DNA of 64,000 nt from Microbotryum violaceum (lineage: Eukaryota), in assembly GCA_001244265.2 (NCBI GenBank), contig LN717261.1, forward strand, positions 3,115,591 to 3,179,590, read 5' to 3'. The stretch's first letter is position 1. Each line of letters opens with the position of its first letter. The translations under genes and the position numbers were made by a program. Below, piece after piece: positions 1-17,428 of this stretch. Under the pieces are notes generated by a model. It saw only the letters and a list, made by a program, of their open reading frames with translations, was not told where the DNA came from and ran no database searches.

Positions 1-780
1 GAACCAACATCATCGCTCTTTGAAGGCTACGCAACAACGCACTGCATAACGACTCTGATGAACCAGTATTCGAACACGTCCATGTGCCGCCACCCCTACC
101 GACGAACCAATTCACTCATGACTGCTCTTTGAGAAAGCTCTCCGTTATCTCAACCAGGACAAGCCCACCTATGTCATTCCGACAGGCGACGCCCCTTTGT
201 GGGAACTCTCGGACGAGCTCGTGCTCTCAAAGCTGTGGCCACACCTCGATCCATTTGGTCTCATCGATTTCTGTGTCGAGCGCAACCTCAAGATTTCTCT
301 GGACGAGCAAGTCAACCATTTGTTCAATTTATACGACAGCGATTTCGATGCGACCCGTCTTTCCCATTCATCGTCTCGAACATGCTCCGCCGACGAGAAG
401 TGTTTCGCCAACTCGCTTTTCGGGTCCCCAAAGAGAAGGTGGCTCGAATCGGAGCAGCACTGCTCGAAATCGACATGGATGTTGTGTCCGAAATGATAAA
501 AAAATCGAGGACACCAAAAGGTACAAGGCAACAACAGAAGCAGAGAAGCATATCAACCGTATTATGGCGGAATTGCACAGTGTCGGAGACAAAATTCACG
601 GCACAACTGCGCAAATGCTCGACATGAGGAATTAGATCCGCGGAAAAGTCAACGCGTTCGGTATGTACACCTTCTTCCGTCACCGTCAACCAGGCAGATT
701 TACACTCACCGTTGCGATGACGAGGTATCTCAGCTTTGGGCGCATCAAGGACAAGATTCTCGACCAAGCAGATACCGTTT
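1..780 (+). pseudogene. Frameshifted fragment of a Helitron-type (Helitron2/Helentron-like) Rep N-terminal region
   Basis: Pieces across frames: LWPHLDPFG..SLDEQVNHL, RFRCDPSFPFIVSNMLRRR, GDKIHGTTAQMLDMRN*IRGKVNAFGMYTFSVTVNQADLHSP. These resemble the Helitron_like_N pattern (G.P..F.T.NPAD.H.P). Multiple frameshifts and stops. Confidence 0.65.
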
Positions 781-1927
781 AGGCCAACGACAAAAATTCA
801 TCTAATCGTGGGTTGTAACGCTATTCCCACTGTGAAAGATCTGTGGGGAATACTGACACTCCTTGCCATTTGATTCCCATGTCTCTCAGCGGTGGACACA
901 TTCACCACGCCTAGCGAGGCCATCTCGCGCCCAAGTCGCTCCCGGAAGTCCCGATCTCTCAACATCAACTGAAATCACTTCTTACAGCTGACTTCGGTGA
1001 GCGCGCGATGTGGGTCCCCAACGCTGACGACCACATGCGAACACAAACTCGTCCAGACGCGCACTGTGACATGGGCGATGTCGAGTGATCTCAGCTTATG
1101 CATTTACGCCCCGGCTCGGGCTCGATCTCGTTGTCTGCAAGGTTCATTAACGTTTGGCACATTTACACGCCTCATTCATGTGAACCGAACTGACTCGGGA
1201 ACTCGGTGCTGCATACCCGATCCATGAAACGTATTTAGTAATACTAGCTGACGCTGTCAGTCGGTGTTATGTACTCCGTCAGAGGTTCAGGGACCCGTCG
1301 CCCCTTCCGGGGGCGCGTTAATGTTTTCTTGCATTCTCAAGCTCAACATCGCGTACGTGGCCGAGCAGCCTCCGAGCAGCCTCCGAGGGGCCACTCGGTC
1401 TCTCAGTGCTTGTCTGCGGCTTGCGGGTGGCTCCGGCCGTGCCCGGGGGCGGGGGCTGAGACCGACCGGTTGTGAGAGAGGAGGCGAGAGGAGGCGAGAG
1501 GAGCCAGCTGGAGCGGCCCTGGCGCTTTCGCGGAGCCCCGCCCTCTCTTTGCTGCCCATGTGACAATCCCGGGCACAACACGCCCCTCGACAGCCAACAC
1601 GATGTCCGTTCAGTTGAGGGACTTGGAACAAGTCATGGAGAAGGGTGGGTGCTAACGACGTCATGGTTCCCGGCCGACCTGGGTGGTAGGGACTCCTTGC
1701 GGCACTCGGACCCCCGCCCAGCCGCCGGCTCGCAGTCGCGTTGACGCGAACACTTTCATCATGTCATCATCCTCATCGTCATCATCCACAGACTTTGTAT
1801 TAGTACACAAGCGTGCCCGATTCGTCGCATCCCCGGTATCCCTTCCCCAGGCAGAACGTGCGCCGATCTACTCTCGTTGCTCCGGAATCACGCGATCGGC
1901 CAGGAGCTGACCCCCTTGCGAACATAG

Positions 1928-2218
1928 ATGATGATCATCGTCGTTTTTCTCAGATCCCACAAACGCCGGGTCGGCGTGCAAGAGCTGGACGACATGCTTG
2001 CATTCGCCAAGGCCTTCGGCGTGCAGGGTCTTCCTGCGGCGTCTTCCGTCAAAAAGTTTCTGGCCAGCTTGGAAAAAGAGATTCCGCTCTTCAAGCCCCG
2101 CCAGTATACGGAGGAGGACTCACGGACGCTCCCTTCACGTGGTGTTGCCTCGCGATTAGATCGCTGCGGTAGGTCCCTGCGATTCCGTGCGTGTCAATGG
2201 TCGAATGCCTTTGACTGA
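1928..2218 (+). pseudogene. Possible DNA-transposon (CACTA/Plavaka-like) transposase N-terminal fragment
   Basis: DDMLAFAKAFGVQGLPAASSVKKFLASL resembles the helical LPS-type motif of fungal CMC-class transposases; short and isolated. Confidence 0.3.
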
Positions 2219-2689
2219 ATCGTTTCCGGGAACGAACAATTCTGCACAGCATTTTGCAACGCCTTCATTGGCCCCTCTCGTGCGAAGCGCGGAGGAGAAT
2301 CAAAGACGCGCTCGAGTGGATGAAGGAAGATCGAAAAGAAGTGGGTCGACGACGAATTTTACATCAGCAAGGCTAAAAAAGCACGTTTAACCCTGCCGTG
2401 GCACGCGTTACCGGGCGTGGGCAACGAGCTGGGGCATAAGCGACTTGTGAACTTGCTCACTGCAGTAAGTTTACCCTTCTCACGCCCACTCTTGCCACTC
2501 TCCTTGTCGCCATGATCTGATGAGCAATGGTCTGATCGTATGCTCTCCTTTTCCGTTCATCAGGCAATGAATGGGTTGGCGAGACACTCATCAATTTTCT
2601 CATCGGAGGCATTATTCACACCCAGCAGCTCGAACACACGACGACAATACTAGTATATGGACTTGTTGCATCTCATACGCTATTACAGG

Positions 2690-3171
2690 ATGCCGACGAC
2701 TCATCTGATGTTCAATGTTTGCTTGGACAATATCATTTCGAATCGTGGCTCGCCGACTTGGCAAGGCACGACTGCATCGGGATCGCGAGCAGTGGCACCG
2801 CCGAGTTCATCAGGGCACACCCCGACTCCGAGTCGCTCTAGTTTTTGCCAATTTGTGACGAGAACCACTGGTTCCTGGGAAGGATTGATGTGAAACATGG
2901 AGCCTGGTCCATACACAATTCACTTTCCTCAAGGACGCTCACGGTCGCCGCCGCTCTAAACGCTCTGGAGGCACTTTTCAAAGTACTTAATCTCATCATC
3001 GATGTGAATCACGGTACGACGACAAGGGCACCTCAACAACAAGATACCTTCTCGTGCGGTCCTGCCATTGTAAATGTCGTCGAACACAAACTCGTACACG
3101 AGAAGGCGTTTGATCCAACGCACGCCACTCTATCGCGAATCCGTCAATTTTGCCGCGCTATCGACATGTAG
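2690..3171 (+). pseudogene. Ulp1-like (peptidase C48) protease domain, transposon-associated
   Basis: ENHWFLGRID (catalytic His-Trp) and PQQQDTFSCG (Gln...Cys) motifs; in-frame stop just upstream of 2845. Confidence 0.7.
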
Positions 3172-3173
3172 TA

Positions 3174-3270
3174 CTAGAGCCTGTCGACTCCTTCGTAGAG
3201 CGCGCGAGCGGAGCCAAGTTAGCCGGTAAAGCCAGTCAAGTTGCAGGTTTTGGCTGAACCCGGCATCCTG
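3174..3270 (-). repeat. Dispersed repeat end, probable Helitron-like 3' terminus (CTAG|T); second copy at 62056-62353
   Basis: GTCGACTCCTTCGTAGAGCGCGCGAGCGGAGCCAAG and CCAGTCAAGTTGCAGGTTT..GCTGAACCC recur as reverse complements at 62056-62090 and 62290-62347; this copy ends CTAG, the other CTAA. Confidence 0.45.
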
Positions 3271-6239
3271 CGGCCTGCGGGATGACGTCAGGCCTTGCGC
3301 TAAATTTTGCCCGGGTCGCACACGCGGCTACGAGCGTGACCGCGTGATCTCCGCTGATTCGCCTTTGACGTCGTACCTCCCACTTCTGATCACCCACAGG
3401 CGTCTTCGCGCTCGAGGCGCTGCCTCCGACATCATGGCAGGTCCTTTTCACCCCTGTGCTTCAAGATCATACCCCACGTGCTCGATTCGACCTTTTCTGG
3501 CGACCTCCACTCAACTTGGGTCCATACCGGCTGATCGACACGTGCACTCCAGCGTGCGCCTGCTCGTCGACCCCGAACGACGCAACAGAAGTTGGCAGCT
3601 CCCAAGACCACGGGTAATTCACTAAAGACGTGATCAACGAAGACCCAGCCAAGAAGTCCCAAGATGAGCCTGCGGACGACACTACCACTACGTCGACCCA
3701 CCATCATCACGCCGCCACTTGGCGTCCCCACCCCTCACACTAAGACCTTGACGGTTGGCACCACTACCGCGAAAACCAGTGCCTCACTTCTGTTTGAGCC
3801 GATTTCTGACGGAAAGAGCCATGTCGCCGATGTCGGCCCATCCGCTCGCCACGCGGCCTCCACGCACCTCGAACCCGAAGCATCGCATGGCTTCAACCTC
3901 GAGGACTCGGTGGTATGTCGCACAAGCTGAGAATGCGACCTTGTGATCTGGTTTTGTCTCGGCTGATATCCTGTCGTTTATTCAAGGTGCAGCGCAAACA
4001 GGCTTCCTCAGAAACCGGAACCAAGCGCAAACGTGCCTGGGGAGTTGCCGATGAGGTCGATGAGGTCAATACAGAATCAGAGGTAAGGTCGATCATGGAT
4101 AATTGTTTAAAAGCGAAATCTCCCAAGCTAAATCTCCCGCCAATCGGGAACGCCTGGACGTGCAGAAGGTCCATACCAAGCCCGACTCATCTTCCTCTCG
4201 CTTGAATCTAAGCTCGGAATCCGACGTACGTCCGAGCCCGGCCTGGCTTCCCTCTAGTCTAGCAGTAAGACGACACTGACGAAGTGTAAACCCGCACAGA
4301 GCTCTGAAGCTTTTGGTGAGGGGAACGGCAGTGATATCGATGGCAACGTACCATCCGAGACGGCCTTAGGTGAAGATTGGTCCAAACTAAGACGAAGGTC
4401 GTCTGCTTGGACGTAGACGACGAACCCGACGACACGTTCGAGGTGCGCTCTTGTGTGCCTTGAGATGAATCCGCACCCTGCTGACTGCCATTGCGTCTCC
4501 TGCAGGTCTGTATTCGCCAGTTGAAAGGCGCACAAGCGTATATCGATAACTCTCGCAAGGTGAGCTGTAACCGATGCGATCATCCGCCACGCTTCGCGCC
4601 ACTGACAAGAGTCATGACCCACTGCTCTCTGGCATCGATCGTCGTTGGCCTGCCAATCTTACAGTCCTCGACCGAAGAACCCGATGCCAAGAGCCGTGAA
4701 GATCAGCTTGGCCAGATACGACGCGACCTCCAGGCATTACATGCCATGCTCGAGCCAATGATCACGTTCATCAACACGCCAAGCATCGACCATCTCTAGG
4801 TACGTGTGATTTCTACGCGTGAGGACGCCAAGCATAGATTCAACTGACGAGACGTATTTCACAACCATTGGCAGAGCCGACTTCCCCCCGTGGTAAACAT
4901 CTTTGTGGCTACCCCCTTCTTTTACAAGCAATTGGCTTCGGCGGAGTCTTTTGCAATACGTGACCTTCACTTCGGTACCAGCGCACGATTGTCTCATACA
5001 GGCTTCATCACCCGCAGTTGGTCTTGACGAAAAGCGGCCTCGTCCCTACCGAAGCGTACAACAAGAATTTCCCGTTCCGCCACAACCTACTTTCAAACAT
5101 TCCGGCTCTGTTGGTGCAGGGTCATAGTGATCTCCTCCGACACGTGAGCAGACGCCTCGCGTCTTGTGGTCTCCGAGCGGTCCTGACAAAATTGTAACTC
5201 TTCCCAGATCCATAAAGCTCAAAAGGACAAAGCTACTCTAGGCCATACCATCAATCAATGGTACAAAGGCCAACAGGTTGCCGTCACGGAAGGACACGTG
5301 ACCTGGTGGAGTATACTGGTCCGTATATATGAAGAGCCCGCCTCCACCCTCGATCCTGACCTGCGCTTGTAATCACCAAACCAGTGGCAGGCGATGAAGG
5401 CGCCGAACGTTTCGAACCCCAGCGATTGCAAGGCCAACAGCTTCGCAAACAAGCTCAAGCGTTATGGTGACAGCCTCGCGGCAGACGCCGCGACAACACA
5501 CCTCGCGGGCGGCTACAAGAAGAATGGAAGATTTGACCATCAAGCGTGAGCTTCATGCTTCATGGTGAGATACATGGCATAATCGAATATGCTGACACTT
5601 GGTGACTTTTTTGGCGCGTACAAGGTTTCTCTTCGACACGGTCACTGCGAAGATGAAGCGGCATTCCGGCATACGGACGGCTCCCCAAAACACACAGCGA
5701 TCACGCGATACAAGCCATCTGCTCCGAAGTCGTCGAGGATCCGGTGAACAACCTCAGCTTTTCCAGCCGAGTAGCCGTGAGTGGGTGGCCTCAGTCCACC
5801 ACATGCCGAACTTGGACTGACGAACGATCCCCTGGATCGAACACAGGACGCAGTACAGGAGATGGGTGAAAATTCGGGAAAGGCGAGGAAGAAGAAGAGG
5901 ACGGAAGACCACCAAAGACGAGGAGCAAATCGAGGACGGGCAACCCTAAGCAAATTGAACATGCTCTCTGGAGCATTCGACGTGTGCAAGGGGACTCGGG
6001 CGCGACTTGGGGTGGAGTCAGGGTGGACCATGGGTGGGGCTTTCTGAGACATATAACGGGGGTTTTTAGACTTGTATCAACATGTTTTTAGTGTTTGCAA
6101 TGAGTGTTGCTTCGTGTGATAAGTCTACAGGAGCCAGAAGAGAGCAATATGTACCTACAGCACCTGGTCCAGCATTTACTACAGCGTCCACCTGGTCTCC
6201 TTATTGATGCCCTACGTGTACCACATTGCGTCCATGCTT

Positions 6240-6460
6240 CTACATTAGGGCCACCCTATCGTCCCACTATGGCTTCCTTCGGGAGTCTATATCAAGCCGC
6301 CCTATGGCTGCCGTATGGCTCGCACGTGTTCATGCCCTATGGGCTGGCCATATATGGGCCATAGGGCTATTCGCCTAAATGATTAGGAAGGCCGTATGCC
6401 AAGGCCATATGGAGCCATAGGGATGCCTTAAGGGTGCCATAATTTTCGCGCGCGCATGTG
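6240..6460. mobile_element. CACTA/CMC-like right terminus with subterminal repeats
   Basis: Ends AATTTTCGCGCGCGCATGTG (reverse complement starts CACATG); preceded by many CCTATGGC/GCCATAGG/GCCATATG motifs in both orientations. No partner TIR found. Confidence 0.5.
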
Positions 6461-6690
6461 TAATAGGCTTGCGTCTGCTTGCGTTAGGCTTAGGTATTAG
6501 GCTTGGGGTATTACGCGCGCTCGGCTGTCACTTTGGCCAGACTCGGCCAGACTCCGAAAGCCGACGGGCCAGCGCCGAGTTGAAAGTGGGGTCTCCTTTC
6601 CAACCGCCTCCTCCCACACGGACCACGGTGCATTGGAGGGCCTCCACCGTGCTGCCCCGTCGCACAGTCACACGCACCCTCCCCCGCGCC

Positions 6691-9490
6691 ATGAGCTCGC
6701 GACGAGCCTCGACGCGTTCATCTCGTGGCAGCACTGGCAACAACAACGGCACCTCTCGTCGCATCTCGTCGCATCTCGTCCGGACCACCGACCACACCTA
6801 CGACACCGACCCTGCCTGCACACCACATCACCTACGAGTCGTTCGCTGATCTGGTCCACATTGGGAGTGCACCACCTCAACACGCTTTGCCCAAGTTTGC
6901 GCCTTCTTCACTCTCCAATGCGACGTCAAACTTGTGGAATCGTTCGAGTCCTCATCGACCAGGCGCAGGCGGGCGCGCCCACAAGAACCAGAACCAGCCC
7001 ACGACGACCACCGTGACGAACACAACACCTCACCGGGAGTCATCGTCCTCTTGTTCTGCCTCGTCACCTTCGTCGAACCGGCGCACCCGAGTAGCATCCG
7101 CCATCACTCTGCCGGGCAGTCGGAGACCCCTCACAGCCGGCCCCCCACGTACCGCCCCGATTGGCACCCCACCCCACCGTGAAGAAGAGTACTACGCCTC
7201 AACGGGCGAACGTCTCGCAGCCGGAGACGACGACGACGAAGAGGAAGAGGACGATGACACCAGCTGTCGCAGGGTCGCACAAGGGATCATGGGCTACAAA
7301 CCACAGTCCCATCAACCACATCCCATGCGCACCCACCCGGACAAGCACCCCCTAGACCACACCGGCACCGGCACCTCCTCCTCTACCCCCGACCTCACCA
7401 CCTTTGACCTCGTCAAGTTGACCCTTGGTCTAGCCGGTGCTCAATTCGCGTGGACGGTCGAAATGGCGTTTGGCACACCTTACCTCTCGTCCCTCGGTCT
7501 GACCAAACGCACCACTTCCCTCGTATGGCTCGCAGGACCGTTGGCAGGCTTGATCATGCAACCTAGCATCGGAGCCTTGTCCGATGCATCGAAAACAAAG
7601 TACAGACGAAGAGCGTTCATCGCCGCCTCGACTGCCTCGGTCGTCGTCTCGACTCTTTTCGTCGCTTATGCCAACGAGATTGGCTCCTTGTTGAGTGGGT
7701 GGTCCGGCCTGGGCGATTGGGATCCCAAGCAGGACCACGTTCGAGCAAGCGCGATCGCGATTGGGGTCCTAGGCTTTTACGTTCTCGATTCCAGTCTCAA
7801 CGGACTAAAGGCCTCGTTGCGCGTGAGTCGGTGATCCGTTCTACCCAAGGCTCACGACGCAGCACGGTCTGATCCTGACACCGCATCTCACCCCCTAGGC
7901 CCTGATCCTCGACCAATCCCCAAGGCATCAACAAAACGTCGCCAACGCCTGGCACGGTCGCATGACCCATTTCGCCAACATCTTCGGCTACGGCGCGGGT
8001 TACATCGATCTAGGGCATTGGGCCGCCCTTTCCTGGGTTGGTGGAGGTCAGTTCCGTAAATTGGCCGTCATGGCTTGCGTCATCATGACCCTCTGCGTCG
8101 CCATCACCTGTTGGACCCAAGTCGAGCGCATTTCCTCCGAGCTCCAGATAGCAAACCGGGGGATCCGCTGGTCCAGCATCTGGATCAACGTCCGCAAAGC
8201 GACTCGCGAACTCCCCCTCTCCGTACGAAGGGTCTGTTATCTCCAAGTCTTCCAATGGACCGCTTGGTTCCCCTTTTTGTTTTATTCGACGTCGTACGTC
8301 GCCGAAGTACTTTATGCGAGTCTGCCGCCTGATCAAGAGGAACCTTCGACGGATACGGCGACGAGGGCCGGTTCATTGGCTCTGCTTCTTTATGCGCTCG
8401 TCTCCCTCGGGTCGGGATCGTTGCTACTCTGGTTAACGACTCTAGGCCGCAGAAAAATTGTCGACAGGCGACTATCAAGGACGTCGAAGAAGGTTAGGCT
8501 GATGTGGCATTTATTGGCGAACATGACACCGAGGAATATGTGGACTTTGGGGACCGTGTTGTATGCTTCTGCCATGGTCGCGACGTTTTGGGTCAAGACG
8601 GTAGAAGGGGCGATGAGTATTGTGGCGTTCTGTGGCGTTTCTTGGGCAGTGCAGTGTTGGGTGAGTACCTGGACGATATTCTTTCGGGGCAACCTTGCTG
8701 ATTTGTATCGCTTTCACTTTAGGTCCCTTTCGCCCTCGTCATGGAATCCATCCGCGAAATCGAGCCCGCATCTGCTCCAACCGCATCCTCTCTTCCCTCC
8801 TCGGAAGACGCACGTACGAGTCCCTCTCAAGCGCCCTCCCGAACAAACTACGGGAGTACGCATTTCGATCGGGGATCGAAGAAGAAACCCTTTTCGCCTC
8901 CCCCGCCACCTTTTGCGCATTCCTCTTCGCAGCTAGAGAGAGTCAGACAGGGGTTGGCGGAATGTTCACCGCTTTTGTCATCGAGGCCTGAGGTGGTTTC
9001 GAGGGGTTCGACACGTGGTTCTCAAGGACGAATCGAAGAGCGAGGCCATTGAGAAGCGCATTCCGATCCAGCCGCATCGAACTCGAGCTCTACAGCGGGA
9101 GGTACGATTCTAGGCATCCACAACCAAGCGTGTTGCATGCCGCAGTTCTTCGTCGCTGTCGTGGCGGCTTGCATCTTCTCTCTATTGGAGAAGAAACGTT
9201 CCGTAAACGAAGGGAATGGGAAATTGACCGATCTCGTGCTGCGACGCGGACTCGAACTCCTCGTCTCCACCTTCGCTTCCGAAGGCGGAGGAGGTAGCGA
9301 CTCCGAACCCACGGACGGTCTTCGAGGAGCCAACGACGTCGTATGGGTACTCCGTTTTGGCGGTCTTGCGGCTCTGGTGGGTGTTTTCTTCAGTCGTTAT
9401 CTGTTGGAGACGACGAGTGAGGCCGAGTATAAGGATCAGGTCCTGGCGTGGCCTTTTCAGCTGGTTGAGGAGGAGGAGGCGGGGGAATGA
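6691..9490 (+). pseudogene. Sucrose/alpha-glucoside:H+ symporter (GPH/SUT, MFS), apparently inactivated
   Basis: GAQFAWTVEMAFGTPYL, VWLAGPLAGLIMQPSIGALSD..RRRAF, WTAWFPFLFYSTSYV, GTILGIHN..PQF. Introns 7823-7898 and 8661-8722 (GTGAGT..AG) restore frame. A 10-bp duplication (6761-6780) shifts the frame after ATG 6691; in-frame TGA at 9050-9052. Confidence 0.85.
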
Positions 9491-9673
9491 GGTGAAGGTC
9501 TTGTAGCTTCGTTGATCTTGTGCGCCATTTTTTTCTTCGTGTGTAGTTGCAGTTCATTTTGTCCCTGTAATCTTATACACGACTGTACAACATCCTCGTA
9601 CTTTCATTTCGAGAGTGGGTTAGAAGAGTATGACAACATTATAATAGCCACAAAGGAAGCCGCCTACGCAAAC

Positions 9674-11200
9674 TCATGCATCCGCCTCCGCCTCCGCGGC
9701 CCCTTCCCTCCCCCTTCTGATCAACCGATACACATCCGCGGCCAAATACAAGCTCCCCGCCACCACGACGCGATCCGCCTCCCCTAAACTCTTCAAAGCC
9801 TGCTCAACGTCCCCAAAGACCTGCACCTCTTGCACGTGCTCGAACGCTGGGTCACGAAGAAGGAGCTCCCTGATCTCTTCGGGGGGCGTCGGTTCTATCC
9901 AAGGCATCCCATCGGGACGACTAAAACCTACACACACGACCTTGCGAATCGATCCTCGGGGTCTTAAAAGGGGTTCCAAGAGTACCGTCGGTGGTCTCGG
10001 GGCCGAAATAGCAATGATCAACGTCGTCGGTGCCGAGTCCTCGGCAAGGGTGTGTAGGTACTGGTGAAGTTGTTCGGCTGCTGAAGAGTTGTGCGCTCCG
10101 TCGATCAAGATGGGGTGTTCGGTCCTACTAAGTTCAGAGGGAAGGTTGACCCAATCCAATCGTCCTGCACACCGGGTCACTTCGATTCCTTTTCGGTAGG
10201 CCAGAGGAGAAACGTTCGACAAAGCCGGGACAAGGGAAAGAGGACGAGAGGAGGTACGGAGCAGTTCGACAGCGAGCAGGGCAACGGCGCTATTTTGGTA
10301 TTGGTAGGAACCTGGGAGAGGGAGGTTCGCTCGGATCGAATCGGGAAGGGTTGTGGAGCGCGTTGAGGGGAGGGAAGGAGGGTGGAAGGAGATGGGAGTC
10401 AAAGGGATTGAGACGAGGGAAGAAGTGGGGGACGACGAGTTTCCCGTAGAAGCGTTCGTGATGGCGTGATGAGGTAGAGCTTCTCCAGCAATGTACAACC
10501 TCGCCTCTTGTTGTTTTGCTATCCTTTTGACTACGTCTTGTACTTCCTGATGCCTCTGCTGTGCTAAAACGACCTCGGTCCCCTGCTTGATGATTCCCGC
10601 CTTGACCTCCGCGATCTCAGCGATCGTATTCCCGAGGAACTTCTGATGGTCCAATTCGATCGAAGTAATGATGGACATCAACGTCTTGTCCGCCGGAACG
10701 ACATTGGTCGCGTCGGTGGCTCCACCCATTCCGACTTCGATGACCGCGAGATCCAATTTGGGTTCGGTCGAGGCAAAGACTGAATAAGCGGTCGCGGTGA
10801 GGATCTCGAATGGGGTCGCACCGACTTGCTCGAGCTTGTTCGTGTGCATAACCTGAGCTTTGGTTGATTCGTAGATCTTGCGAGGGACGGTCCGGTCGTG
10901 GGGGACAGTAAGACAGTCCCATTCGTCGACCAAGTGGGGGGAATTGAACCTTCCCACGCGAAGACCGGCGACGGTGAGCACCGAGGAGAGGTACGATGAT
11001 ACGGAACCTTTACCATTCGTTCCTGAGATGTGGATGATCGGTGTCGAGAGGTGGGGCGAGTGGAGGCACGAGAGAAGGCGGTGAATGCGAGCCAGTCCGA
11101 GCAAGATGCCGGACGATGACATGTCCGACGCAGAGGGAGAGTTGGGAGAGGAGAGAGCCGATGTCAAGGGACCGTTGGATTCTTGATTGGAGCTGGACAT
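9674..11200 (-). CDS. FOL3: Dihydrofolate synthetase / folylpolyglutamate synthase (FolC family, FOL3-like)
   Basis: Intact single-exon 508-aa ORF: LGLARI, HISGTNGKGS P-loop, FNSPHL, EVGMGGATDATN, DGAHN, GSLYL. FOL3 rather than MET7 is inferred from the N-terminal LGL.RI motif. Confidence 0.88.
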   Translation of the reverse strand: MSSSNQESNGPLTSALSSPNSPSASDMSSSGILLGLARIHRLLSCLHSPHLSTPIIHISGTNGKGSVSSYLSSVLTVAGLRVGRFNSPHLVDEWDCLTVPHDRTVPRKIYESTKAQVMHTNKLEQVGATPFEILTATAYSVFASTEPKLDLAVIEVGMGGATDATNVVPADKTLMSIITSIELDHQKFLGNTIAEIAEVKAGIIKQGTEVVLAQQRHQEVQDVVKRIAKQQEARLYIAGEALPHHAITNASTGNSSSPTSSLVSIPLTPISFHPPSLPSTRSTTLPDSIRANLPLPGSYQYQNSAVALLAVELLRTSSRPLSLVPALSNVSPLAYRKGIEVTRCAGRLDWVNLPSELSRTEHPILIDGAHNSSAAEQLHQYLHTLAEDSAPTTLIIAISAPRPPTVLLEPLLRPRGSIRKVVCVGFSRPDGMPWIEPTPPEEIRELLLRDPAFEHVQEVQVFGDVEQALKSLGEADRVVVAGSLYLAADVYRLIRRGREGAAEAEADA

Positions 11201-11657
11201 GGGGCACTCGTTGAGAGGCTTGTGGTATGCAGTGTCCGACCGTGGTGAGCTCCGACGATCGATTGCGGAGCTGGCTGCGAAGCTCCACTTGCTCTCCTAA
11301 CGCCCTCCACCCGCTCTCCTAAGGCCGATCAGACCACGCGACCGTTCCGACTTTCTCGGCGACTTCTCCGATCCCTTGAGAAGCTGTGTCGGAACGGATT
11401 CAATCTTGCGAGTGTCCGATTCGGGCGGGTAGAGATGAATGCTAAAGGCAAAGAGAGAGGCCAATGACGTCCGCTGTACCTTTTCCCAAGCTCGCGCGCC
11501 GGTCTGTTTCCTGGGTGTTTCCTGACTAATGCCACACCCGCATCGGCCACTATTCGCTTCCGGTTTGGTCCCCCTCTGTCTCTCCCTCTTCACCATCGAT
11601 CCTAATATTTCCCTCAACCTCTTCCTTTCCCTCCCCAGCGGTGGATCTCCCCCTCTC

Positions 11658-12447
11658 ATGGTCGCCGCCTCTCGTCGTTTCGTCATCGCAGGTCAGTCCC
11701 CGTTTCCTCCTCCTCGCCGCGGCGGCCGCCACGTGACTTGCCTCAACTCACCGTTCCTCTGTATCCCTTCCCCCAGGCCTGGGCAACTACCCCTACCCAC
11801 TCACACGTCACTCTATAGGTCAAATACTACTCAAAGCCCTTGCCCGCAAAGCGGCCTCCCTACCCCATTCGTCCGGAATTCCCCACCTCAAACTCGATTC
11901 CTCTAAACACGTTTGGTCTACGATTGTCACCGTTCATTCTCAGAATGCTGCGTCCGCCCAAGGGGGGGGTTGCCTGCCGTTCGAGTTGATGTTCTGTCTT
12001 CCCAAAAGGTTGATGAACATTTGTGGGCCTGTGATCGTTGAAGCGTCGAAGAGTTTCTTGGGGTCGTCGGCATCGGCATCGATGGTGCATTCGAAGTCCC
12101 GAGTGGACGGATGGAAGATCTTGACCCTTCAAGACGATCTCGATCTCAAACCTGGATCGTTCAAGATTCAGCGAGGGGGATCACCAAGAGGTCATAATGG
12201 AGTCAGGTCCGTCGAAGGCGCTTTGGGCAATCGGGCTTTCAATCGGATACGACTTGGGATAGGCAGACCAGAGAACAAGGCCGAGGTCGCCTCCTACGTC
12301 CTTGAGCCTTTAGGAAGAGATGAGGTGCAAAATATCGATTGGGATGAAGGTACACAACGGGGTGGAGAATTGGTCGAGCAGGTTTGGCTCGACGTGATGC
12401 GGATAGCCCAAGAGCACGCTTCGAACAAGCCATCAACCTCGACGTGA
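11658..12447 (+). CDS. PTH1: Peptidyl-tRNA hydrolase (bacterial-type, PTH1)
   Basis: ATG 11658; intron 11692-11776 (GTCAGT..CCCCAG) gives VIAGLGN..TRHSIG; then LMNICG, QDDLDL, GHNGVRSV, RIRLGIGRP. Confidence 0.9.
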
Positions 12448-12518
12448 ATTCCGCCCATGTAGCAACAACTACTCAGACACTTTATCGCATGATGCAAGGT
12501 GCAAATTTTAATACCCAT

Positions 12519-17291
<4,773 letters not shown>

Positions 17292-17380
17292 CGTACGTCG
17301 ATGCAGGCGCAGCGCGAGCGAGGACAGGAGAAGAAGGACGCCAACAACGATCGGTGCGCCAGTCGCGCTCTTTCGGGTGT

Positions 17381-17428
17381 GCCATCTCCTGCCATCTCCT
17401 GCCATCTCCTGCCATCTCCTGCCATCTC
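17381..17428. repeat. 10-bp tandem repeat (GCCATCTCCT)x4.8 upstream of PRP16
   Basis: Directly visible. Confidence 0.95.

Noticed and set aside
1266-1600. LTR candidates (TGTTAT.., TGTGACAATCC)
   Set aside because: No partner LTR, PBS or TSD could be established.
8990-9056. Intron removing the transporter's premature TGA
   Set aside because: Only GTGGTT-type donors and no clear branch point or pyrimidine tract, unlike the gene's other introns; the frame is the same on both sides of the stop.
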